From an uncultured virus (IMG/VR IMGVR_UViG_3300027739_000008) (lineage: Duplodnaviria > Heunggongvirae > Uroviricota > Caudoviricetes): 20,000 nt of DNA. Below the pieces are notes generated by a model. It worked only from the letters and a program-made list of their open reading frames with translations. It was not told the DNA's origin and did no database searches. Location: IMG/VR virus record IMGVR_UViG_3300027739_000008; one strand, given 5' to 3'. Position numbers and translations under genes: made by a program. Positions 8,753-15,700 of the stretch are shown one piece after another. The stretch's first letter is position 1. The number at the start of each line of letters is the position of its first letter.

Positions 8753-9799
8753 ATGGCAGAGCCGAAATCTTATAAAACCAGATTTATCGAACCCGGAATT
8801 ATGTCGTATGAAGACAAAAAGCAGGGTGTGGTCCTCGTCTCGAAAGAGACACTGGATCGCATGGCCGCGAGTTTTCGGAATAAGCCGGTTATTTTCATCC
8901 CTGAAATGCACGACAATTCAGACGAAAAAACCGCGTTCAATTTCGATGACCTTTCTGCCAATCCCGCGAGTGGAATCATAACAGGCATACCGTACTGGGG
9001 AGATGATGGCTGGCAATGGGTCGAAATGTCCGTATGGGACGAAGCGGCTCAAGAAGCGCTTGATAGTGGCTATTCCGTATCGTGCGCGTATGACGCGGAC
9101 GAAGATGACACGGGCGGAATCTGGCACGAAATCCCGTACACGTCCGAGGTGTCGGACGGGAAGTATATGCACATGGCAATAGTCCCGAAGCCCCGATACG
9201 AGGGGTCACGGGTACTGGCAAATAGTAAGGGCCCGGTTGCGGGTTCTTGCGGAGATAGTAGTAAGGGGGATGCATTGAATATTTTCAAGAAAAAAAACGC
9301 TGCCCCTCCGGTTCCGGAAAAGAAAGCCGTTCCCCTTGCGGGAAAGGAAACTCCGGCCGAGGAAAAAGCGGAACTCATGAACGACGACACCATGGTTGAC
9401 GTGAACGGTACTCCCGTTCCCCTCCACGAGCTTGTCTCGAACTATGAGGAAAAGAATGGCGCGGGTGCTCAGGCTCCGCTCGCTGACGAGGACGAAGTCG
9501 CACTTTCCGACGGAACGAAAGTAACGCTCGCCGACCTGAAGGCCGCGTATGCCGGTGGTGGCGAAGCAGGAGCACCCGAGGCCCCGCTCGAGAACGCCGA
9601 AGCACCGACCGATACCGTCGCGGCTCCCGTCATCGACGAGACCAAGCAGCGCGCGAATTCGGCGCCCCGTACCGTCAACGCCAAGCTCAAAAACGCGGCG
9701 TCCGAATCCGGCTATGTCGCGGACAAGATCGAGACCGGTGCGTCCCGCCTCGAGCGCGGACGGACCCGGTATTCTCTTCCCGTGAAAGGAGGTAAATAA
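8753..9799 (+). CDS. Prohead protease/scaffold (DUF2213-like N-terminal domain plus acidic, low-complexity scaffold C-terminus)
   Basis: Motifs SFRNKPV..H, YSVSCAY and HMAIVPKPRY in the N-terminal ~160 aa, followed by an Ala/Glu/Pro-rich tail. Located just before the decoration and capsid genes. Confidence 0.8.
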   Translation: MAEPKSYKTRFIEPGIMSYEDKKQGVVLVSKETLDRMAASFRNKPVIFIPEMHDNSDEKTAFNFDDLSANPASGIITGIPYWGDDGWQWVEMSVWDEAAQEALDSGYSVSCAYDADEDDTGGIWHEIPYTSEVSDGKYMHMAIVPKPRYEGSRVLANSKGPVAGSCGDSSKGDALNIFKKKNAAPPVPEKKAVPLAGKETPAEEKAELMNDDTMVDVNGTPVPLHELVSNYEEKNGAGAQAPLADEDEVALSDGTKVTLADLKAAYAGGGEAGAPEAPLENAEAPTDTVAAPVIDETKQRANSAPRTVNAKLKNAASESGYVADKIETGASRLERGRTRYSLPVKGGK

Positions 9800-9802
9800 C
9801 CT

Positions 9803-10288
9803 ATGGCTACTACCAATATGAACGTTTTCCAGCCTGGGGTTGCGGTCGGTGATCTTGACCTCAATTACTTCGGCGGCGAAAACGTCGTGACCGTCAAGGT
9901 CGATCCGACCGACGCGACCAACAAGTTCTACGCCGGACAGGGCGTTATCCTCAAGGACTGCGGCGCCGATGACGTCGCGGGCGCTCCGATCGCCGGAGTG
10001 CGTTCGGGCGACACTATCGCCATTTTCGGCGTCCGCAAGCGGTCCCTCAAACAGGCCTACAACGAGGGCGGGCAGGAAATGGAAGTCGCCATTCGTGGCG
10101 CTGTAATGTGGTTCAAGGCCTCGGCGGCTCTCGCTCGCGGTGTGGCGGTAACGCTCGACACGGCGACTCCGGGCAACGTCAAGGCGCAGACCACCAAGGC
10201 TTTTCTGGGGTATACCCTCGATAAAGTCGCCCAGAATGGCATGGTCCGGGTTATGCTCGGATGCGACGCCCTTACGGCGGGGAGCTAA
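9803..10288 (+). CDS. Capsid decoration/cement protein
   Basis: 161 aa, Gly/Ala/Val-rich and beta-type; lies between scaffold and MCP; strong AAGGAGGT RBS. Confidence 0.7.
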   Translation: MATTNMNVFQPGVAVGDLDLNYFGGENVVTVKVDPTDATNKFYAGQGVILKDCGADDVAGAPIAGVRSGDTIAIFGVRKRSLKQAYNEGGQEMEVAIRGAVMWFKASAALARGVAVTLDTATPGNVKAQTTKAFLGYTLDKVAQNGMVRVMLGCDALTAGS

Positions 10289-10293
10289 TCAAC

Positions 10294-11274
10294 ATGATTA
10301 ACAAACGAGCATTTTTCAACGCTGCGGGTGATTTCGATACCTCCGGCGCCGGTTTCCAGTATGCCATCAATACGATGTCGCAGATCCGCGCGGAGATCAT
10401 CAAACAGATTTTCTTCGAGATTTCCATCGCAGACTATCTGCCCGTTGATGTCGGCTTCGCGGCATGGAAGAGCGAGATCGTCCAGAATCTCGAATTCCTT
10501 TCCGTGGGACGCTTCGCTGACGGTATCGTCAATCAGGGCAATTCCCGCCGGCCGAAGGTCGACGCCGGAATCAGCCAGATCCGTATGCCGATCAAGACGT
10601 GGGCGGTTAAAACGACCTGGACCATCGCGGAGATTGCCGAAGCGGCAAGCGCGGGAAACTGGGACGTCGTGGAGTCGAAACTCCGCGCGCTCAAGAAAGA
10701 CTGGGACCTCGGAATCCAGGAAACGGCCTTCAACGGTCTGACCGGCGACGACGAGATCACAGGACTTTTGACCAATGCGAACGTCAACATCAATACCACG
10801 CTGATCACCGAGGACATTTCGGGCACGAGCGACGCGGAATTTCAGGCGCTGGTCAAAGGCCTCCTGACCGCGTACTACGCGAACTCGAATTCGACGAGAT
10901 TGCCGACGAAGCTGATCATGCCGACCGCCGACTACCTCGGCATGGCGACGGCCGCTTCCGCGACGTTCCCGAATATCTCGAAAATCGAGTACCTCGAGAA
11001 TTCGCTCAAGAAGATGACCGCGAACGACGGATTCAAGATCCTTCCGCTGACCTATGCGCAGAGCGACAAGAACCCCGCCGCGAAGGATCGCTACGTGCTG
11101 TACCGCGACGACCCGGAGACCCTGAAGCTGACGATCCCTGTCGACCTGACGATGAATCAGGCCTACACGATCAACGGCTTCGACTTCGAGCAGCTTGCAT
11201 ACGGCCAGTTCTCGGGCGTCCTCATCGGACGACCCCGCGAGGTGCTGTACTTCGACAAGACCGCGACGACCTAA
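10294..11274 (+). CDS. Major capsid protein (HK97 fold, DUF2184-like)
   Basis: 326 aa from ATG 10294 with a GGGGAG RBS. Motifs AFNG....ITGLLT, PTKLIMP and GVLIGRP. Strongly biased codon use; a terminator follows. Confidence 0.9.
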   Translation: MINKRAFFNAAGDFDTSGAGFQYAINTMSQIRAEIIKQIFFEISIADYLPVDVGFAAWKSEIVQNLEFLSVGRFADGIVNQGNSRRPKVDAGISQIRMPIKTWAVKTTWTIAEIAEAASAGNWDVVESKLRALKKDWDLGIQETAFNGLTGDDEITGLLTNANVNINTTLITEDISGTSDAEFQALVKGLLTAYYANSNSTRLPTKLIMPTADYLGMATAASATFPNISKIEYLENSLKKMTANDGFKILPLTYAQSDKNPAAKDRYVLYRDDPETLKLTIPVDLTMNQAYTINGFDFEQLAYGQFSGVLIGRPREVLYFDKTATT

Positions 11275-11291
11275 GGGTTACGCGGATAATT

Positions 11292-11318
11292 AAAGGCCCC
11301 CGCACGGGGGCCTTTTTT
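11292..11318. terminator. Intrinsic terminator, probably bidirectional
   Basis: AAAGGCCCCC-GCAC-GGGGGCCTTT followed by TTT, between the convergent MCP gene and antisense cassette. Confidence 0.88.
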
Positions 11319-11643
11319 ATTCAGGACGAACTAACGTAGGAAAATCTTTTCCATCATAAAAGCCATATACCGGGCGACTCGCAATCGTTGGGCTTAATTT
11401 GCCTCGGAGAGCGATAAGTCTATCGATCGTCTCGTTAGAAACTAATTGTTGTTCTGGCGTTTGTGGTAGTTTTGAAACTTTTTCAGCAAGGGCAATTAAC
11501 TCGCCATAGGCGTCGAAATAGTTTATTGCCTTATGATTGGTGTATTTTGCCAGACCTCGATCAAAAACGTGAATTGCCCCTTCGGTGAAGTTTTCGAAAT
11601 CAGGAAAATTACAGGGAAGGTCAGAAATTTTTTCTGATTGCAT
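11317..11643 (-). CDS. Hypothetical protein (second gene of the antisense cassette)
   Basis: ATG 11643 with an AAGGA RBS at 11655-11651; 108 aa; no motif recognised. Confidence 0.6.
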   Translation of the reverse strand: MQSEKISDLPCNFPDFENFTEGAIHVFDRGLAKYTNHKAINYFDAYGELIALAEKVSKLPQTPEQQLVSNETIDRLIALRGKLSPTIASRPVYGFYDGKDFPTLVRPE

Positions 11644-11669
11644 ACAAACATCCTTTGCCTTTAATGGGC

Positions 11670-12140
11670 TTAAAATATCTGGTCGAACGTGTATGAATAT
11701 CGAACGCACGCATACTCGACTATTCTGCCCACTTGGGGTTCGAACAGTCGCCCGTCAGGAAGTCGGACGATTGCATGGTCGGCGATTCCTCCCGATTCGA
11801 CAGAACGGGCGTCTCCGGAATTAACCAAAACGAGCTCGCCCTTTTCACGAAAAACGACATACAGGATATTCAAATAAAGGATCGCGAAATCCTCGCAGTC
11901 TCCGCATCCCCGAGAAAGCGTTTCGCGCGGGGAGGACTTTTCGTCGATGAAATCGGACTGATACGTCACGCGCGAGAGTATGAATGCCGCGATATCGGAC
12001 TTCTTTTTAATATCGCGAAAATCGCCATAATAAAGCGGCGTATCTTTGTACGTTTCGGAAAAATAGATATCGCCCGCGATATCGAACGCGCAAGAGGAAA
12101 AAAGGGCGATGATCGCGAAAGCACCAAAAATCTTTCTCAT
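11670..12140 (-). CDS. Predicted lipoprotein with a transglutaminase-like cysteine protease domain
   Basis: Signal peptide and lipobox MRKIFGAFAIIALFSS|C; SPRETLSRGCGDCEDFA (catalytic Cys), DHAIV (His) and FEP; AAGGAGG RBS at 12155-12149. Confidence 0.8.
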   Translation of the reverse strand: MRKIFGAFAIIALFSSCAFDIAGDIYFSETYKDTPLYYGDFRDIKKKSDIAAFILSRVTYQSDFIDEKSSPRETLSRGCGDCEDFAILYLNILYVVFREKGELVLVNSGDARSVESGGIADHAIVRLPDGRLFEPQVGRIVEYACVRYSYTFDQIF

Positions 12141-12164
12141 AACCAAATCCTCCTTACGCTTTTA

Positions 12165-12193
12165 ATTCTATACCATAAAATAAAAATAAACAA
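12165..12193 (-). promoter_or_regulatory. Promoter for the lipoprotein cassette
   Basis: On the minus strand: TTGTTT (12193-12188), 17 bp, TAGAAT (12170-12165). Confidence 0.6.
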
Positions 12194-12220
12194 CCCTTAG
12201 GGACGAAAAAAAACGCTTTG

Positions 12221-12248
12221 TTTACAAAAAAAAATAAAAGAGTATACT
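12221..12248 (+). promoter_or_regulatory. Promoter for the glycosyltransferase-like gene (leaderless)
   Basis: TTTACA (12221-12226), 16 bp, TATACT (12243-12248), 6 nt, then ATG 12255. No SD sequence. Confidence 0.7.
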
Positions 12249-12254
12249 ATTGCA

Positions 12255-13031
12255 ATGACCGTTTTAATTCTTGGCAACGGCCTTTCCCGCCTCGCGTTCG
12301 ACCAACAGATCCGCGCTCATACAGGCCCCGTATGGGGGTGTAACGCGATTTATTTGGATTACGGGGACAAGCTCGACCGGATTGCGGGGCATGACTGGTG
12401 CATGGCCGACGCCGCGCGGTTCCGGGCGGAAAAGGGGTATACTTACAAGATCCTTGGGGGACTCAAGTGGTCCGGGGATATTGGTGAAGAGGCTTTCACG
12501 TGCAAGCCAATCTTCCGGGAGAACACGGGGACGACCATGGTCGCAGAGGCTCTCACGCGCGGACACAACGTGATCGCGTGCGGTTTTGACATGGGCGGAC
12601 CCGACGTGTACTCGCCAGACCATGAAAAGAAGAATAAAACGATTTGGATAACCCGATGGCGGCTCATTTTCGAGGAATTTGGCTCCGACCGGGTGATATT
12701 TTGGGGATATGATCACAAGCCGTTCCTTTTGCAAAAAGGAAATGCTCGCGAGTACTCTAAAAAATATATGGCTGGGGAGGTGCATATCCCTGACCCGGCA
12801 TACGCTCGGGCCGTTGAGGAATGGGATAATGACTACTCCCGTATCTTGGAGCGGGTACCCAAGGCGCGGTTCAAGAATATCGGGAACCGCGAGTGGTATT
12901 TTGAAGAGATTCCCGGAGTGTTTCGGGGCGGGGCCGAGGTGATTATCCCCGAGGAACTGGCAAGGAAGCACGAAAAGGAATATCCCTTCGAGTTTTCCGT
13001 GGAAGCGGTCGGCGCTGTCGGGGACTTGTGA
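12255..13031 (+). CDS. Glycosyltransferase-like Rossmann-fold protein (sialyltransferase/Maf/DUF115-like motifs) with an extra C-terminal domain
   Basis: Motif series VLILGNGLSR ... VWGCNAIY ... NTG ... IACGFD. The last ~55 aa resemble the N-terminus of the next ORF. Confidence 0.6.
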   Translation: MTVLILGNGLSRLAFDQQIRAHTGPVWGCNAIYLDYGDKLDRIAGHDWCMADAARFRAEKGYTYKILGGLKWSGDIGEEAFTCKPIFRENTGTTMVAEALTRGHNVIACGFDMGGPDVYSPDHEKKNKTIWITRWRLIFEEFGSDRVIFWGYDHKPFLLQKGNAREYSKKYMAGEVHIPDPAYARAVEEWDNDYSRILERVPKARFKNIGNREWYFEEIPGVFRGGAEVIIPEELARKHEKEYPFEFSVEAVGAVGDL

Positions 13032-13059
13032 TTTTTTTAATTTATGGTATAATTACCAT
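13026..13059 (+). promoter_or_regulatory. Promoter for the neck/tail genes with an overlapping palindrome
   Basis: TTGTGA (13026-13031), 16 bp, TATAAT (13048-13053) with an extended TG. Palindrome ATGGTA-taat-TACCAT at 13044-13059. AAGGAG RBS before ATG 13088. Confidence 0.7.
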
Positions 13060-13087
13060 TATAACGCAATAAAAGGAGACTAACGAA

Positions 13088-13453
13088 ATGAATGCAATAA
13101 CCATCTGGAATAAAGGCAAGCGCACGTGGCCGCTCAAGAACTCGGAGGGTGTAGAGATCCGACTTGAACCGCAGGAATCCGTACAGGTCGAGGAAGTCTA
13201 CGGGCTTCGCATGGTCGCGGCGTATCCCAAAGACCTGACGACGACCGGCGTCGCGGGCCCGTCCATCGACGACATTAAGCGGCGGGAACAGTCGATAAGG
13301 GACAGGGAAGCCAATCTGGACGCGCGCGAGAAGGCTCTGGATGAGCGGGAGGCGGCGATAAAGGCTCGGGAAAATCAAGGGAACACGCCGGATACCGACA
13401 CCGTACCCGCCAAGAAGGCCGGGCGCCCTCCCAAGAGTGACAAGGCAGAATAA
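13088..13453 (+). CDS. Small head-module protein: globular N-domain, heptad coiled coil, basic GRP tail
   Basis: Strong RBS; heptads REQSIRD/REANLDA/REKALDE/REAAIKA; KKAGRPPK near the C-terminus; occupies the usual slot between MCP and adaptor. Confidence 0.8.
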   Translation: MNAITIWNKGKRTWPLKNSEGVEIRLEPQESVQVEEVYGLRMVAAYPKDLTTTGVAGPSIDDIKRREQSIRDREANLDAREKALDEREAAIKARENQGNTPDTDTVPAKKAGRPPKSDKAE

Positions 13454-13875
13454 TGGGCACCGTAACCCTCGCGTCATTCAAAACCCAGTTCGCCCGGAAT
13501 TTCACGTTTGGCGCTGCCGTGCCCGATATCATGGACGCGGACATAACGAACGCGATCGCCGAGAAAGACGCGGTTTTTAATTTTTCTTTATATCCTACCG
13601 ACCGCCCGGAAGTGGGAACGCTCGCCGAGCATTACCTGACGGCGCACTTCCTGACTACCGACGTGGACGCGGCGGACTCGGGCGGACAGTCGCGGCTCCT
13701 GCAGACGTCCCGCTCGGCGGACGGGGTTTCCGAATCGGTGGATATTCCCGACTGGATGAAACAGGGGGAATTCGCGTTCTACGCGACGACCTATTACGGG
13801 CAGAAATATCTTATTCTGTCTAAACCGTACCTTGACGGCGCGATATTTTCGGTTGAAGGGGGGACGATGCCGTGA
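13453..13875 (+). CDS. Head-tail adaptor (DUF4054-like)
   Basis: Motifs FKTQF, YLTAHFL, SRSADGVSES and TTYYGQKY; TAATG coupling to the previous gene. Confidence 0.85.
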   Translation: MGTVTLASFKTQFARNFTFGAAVPDIMDADITNAIAEKDAVFNFSLYPTDRPEVGTLAEHYLTAHFLTTDVDAADSGGQSRLLQTSRSADGVSESVDIPDWMKQGEFAFYATTYYGQKYLILSKPYLDGAIFSVEGGTMP

Positions 13876-13949
13876 AAATTAAAGTTTATGTTTTAATAGC
13901 GGCGGTTTGTTCTTTGGGGCTTTTCGCTTTGGGAGTAAGTAATTTATGA
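13872..13949 (+). CDS. 25-aa hydrophobic peptide (absent from the ORF track)
   Basis: MKIKVYVLIAAVCSLGLFALGVSNL. A GTGA overlap upstream and an ATGA overlap downstream make it fill the gap exactly. Confidence 0.55.
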   Translation: MKIKVYVLIAAVCSLGLFALGVSNL

Positions 13950-14134
13950 ACAAAAAACAGGCGAAAGCCGCCCGCAAAGGCTATCGAGAGGCCGGGCAGT
14001 TGTACTGGACGGATGAAATGGCCGCGATTCTCAAGAAAAAGAATCGCGAGCTCATCGCGTATCGCGTGGGGTTTCTTGCGTCCATCGCGTTCGCCGTGGG
14101 CGTTGCCGTACTCTACGCGCGGGCGTTTTGGTGA
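13946..14134 (+). CDS. 62-aa membrane protein with a basic N-terminus and one C-terminal TM helix
   Basis: TM segment VGFLASIAFAVGVAVLY; the stop overlaps the next GTG start. Confidence 0.65.
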   Translation: MNKKQAKAARKGYREAGQLYWTDEMAAILKKKNRELIAYRVGFLASIAFAVGVAVLYARAFW

Positions 14135-14613
14135 GTTTTTCATTCCGCGACGGGCAATCCGAGATCACGGGCGACTTTTCCCAGCTCGAAAATCTCATCA
14201 AGAGCCTCAAGGAACCGCACTCCGTCGACATCGGCGTGTTCAAGGACGCGAAGACGACTGACGGCCAATCCGTCGCGGAGTACGGGGCATATAACGAATT
14301 CGGATCGGTTTCCGTCCCGAATCGTCCGCCAAAGCGTTCGTTTATTCGGATGCCACTTGAAGCGAAACAGGGCGACATTGCGAAATACGCTGAAGGTCAC
14401 GCGCGAGAGCATATCGAAGTGGGCGACATCAAGGCGATTTTTGAGGATATCGGAATCGCGGGACAGGCGAAAATACAGGAAGCATTCGATACGGGCGGAT
14501 TCGGGACGTGGCCGCCGGACGCGGATTCGACCGTCGCTCGGAAGGGAAGCGACGCTCCCTTGATTGACTCGGGGCTTTTGAGAAAATCGGTAACGTATGA
14601 GGTGGATAGATGA
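14131..14613 (+). CDS. Neck/tail-completion (virion morphogenesis, HK97 gp10-like) protein
   Basis: Motifs VDIGV, YNEFG, PKRSFIR and STVARKGSDAPLIDSGLLRKSVTY. Confidence 0.85.
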   Translation: MSFSFRDGQSEITGDFSQLENLIKSLKEPHSVDIGVFKDAKTTDGQSVAEYGAYNEFGSVSVPNRPPKRSFIRMPLEAKQGDIAKYAEGHAREHIEVGDIKAIFEDIGIAGQAKIQEAFDTGGFGTWPPDADSTVARKGSDAPLIDSGLLRKSVTYEVDR

Positions 14614-15200
14614 GCATTCCCCGAGTAGAAAACGCCTTTCGCGGCTGGACCAAGCGCCGCGAGGTGTGGATCATAACGAAAACAGTCGAAAACTTCCTGA
14701 CCATGCAGACGGCGGAAATCGTGACGATGGATATCATGGTCGCGCCCTTGCGCCCCGAGGAAGTCCGACGGCTCCCGGAAGATCAAAGGGCGTGGAAATG
14801 GTTCGACGTGCTGGTCAAGGCATCGTCCCGGCCGCTCACGGTTGATTGCCAGATCGTCGTTGACGGTATCGTCTACCTCATCGACTCAATACAGAACTGG
14901 AAGGAAGCCGGATACCGGCGCTACCTCGCGACGGAAAACGTCACGGGAGTGAAAACCATGTATCCCGTGACCTATTTGGCTAACGGCGCGACGGTTGGCA
15001 ATCCTCCGGGTAAATTCGCGTATATGACCGGGGGCGAGGCGGTGATAGCGCCTTGCAGAATGGCTCTTGAGGGATCGACGTTCGTCGAGTGGAACACGGC
15101 GGCTGACGGAACGGGCACTGGTTACGACCCTGCCGACGCGTTGACGATTGGAACGGCGGCGGTTACACTGTACGCAATTTGGGAGGCCGTCGAGCCATGA
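14610..15200 (+). CDS. Head-closure protein fused to a C-terminal InlB B-repeat (Listeria-Bacteroides repeat) domain
   Basis: The N-terminal ~115 aa are beta-rich (IVVDGIVYLIDSIQNW...GY). The C-terminus reads VTYLANGA...FVEWNTAADGTGTGY...VTLYAIW. Confidence 0.78.
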   Translation: MSIPRVENAFRGWTKRREVWIITKTVENFLTMQTAEIVTMDIMVAPLRPEEVRRLPEDQRAWKWFDVLVKASSRPLTVDCQIVVDGIVYLIDSIQNWKEAGYRRYLATENVTGVKTMYPVTYLANGATVGNPPGKFAYMTGGEAVIAPCRMALEGSTFVEWNTAADGTGTGYDPADALTIGTAAVTLYAIWEAVEP

Positions 15201-15700
15201 CAATAACGCAATGCGGGCAGGTTTTGGGTACCATAATCGCGTCATTTACAGGTATCCCCTCGGCGCGCGTGATCTTGAAAAACGAAAAATTCGACGCACC
15301 AAAAGACGGTGCGCCATATGTTTTGATAGAATACGACGGGTCGGCTGGTTTCGTTGGAATCAATTCAAAACGCGATCCCGTTGCAAAAACGGAGACCATG
15401 AGCACAACAACCCACGAGCGGTTTGCCGTGGAGTTCTGCGGATTTGGCCAGGAAGCGACGGACCGAAAGAATGAAATTCCAATGGCTTTGCGATCGCAAA
15501 TAGCGATCCGCTCTGCGGAGGACAATAACTGCTCGATTTTCGTCGCCGGGCCAACCTTGGACCTTTCGGCCATTGAAGGATCGAGCGCCTTGCGCCGATA
15601 CCGAATCCCGGTTATCATATCAAATATTGAACGGAAAACCGTCGCGGCGGAAATGATCGACAAATTTCCCGCCCCGACAATTAATGCGGAGGCTAAATAA
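15197..15700 (+). CDS. Tail terminator / neck protein
   Basis: 167 aa from ATG 15197 (GGAGG RBS, ATGA overlap); immediately before the sheath gene. Confidence 0.7.
   Translation: MTITQCGQVLGTIIASFTGIPSARVILKNEKFDAPKDGAPYVLIEYDGSAGFVGINSKRDPVAKTETMSTTTHERFAVEFCGFGQEATDRKNEIPMALRSQIAIRSAEDNNCSIFVAGPTLDLSAIEGSSALRRYRIPVIISNIERKTVAAEMIDKFPAPTINAEAK

Noticed and set aside
10294..11274. Encapsulin/linocin interpretation of the capsid gene
   Set aside because: Terminase, portal, neck and tail genes surround it, so it is a phage major capsid protein.
3150..11274. Introns, inteins or stop-codon recoding in the head genes
   Set aside because: All these genes are uninterrupted and of ordinary length under the standard code.
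12169..13051. Invertible segment bounded by imperfect inverted repeats around the GT-like gene
   Set aside because: Only 11 bp are identical within AT-rich promoter DNA, and no recombinase is in the window. Two similar outward-facing promoters explain it more simply.
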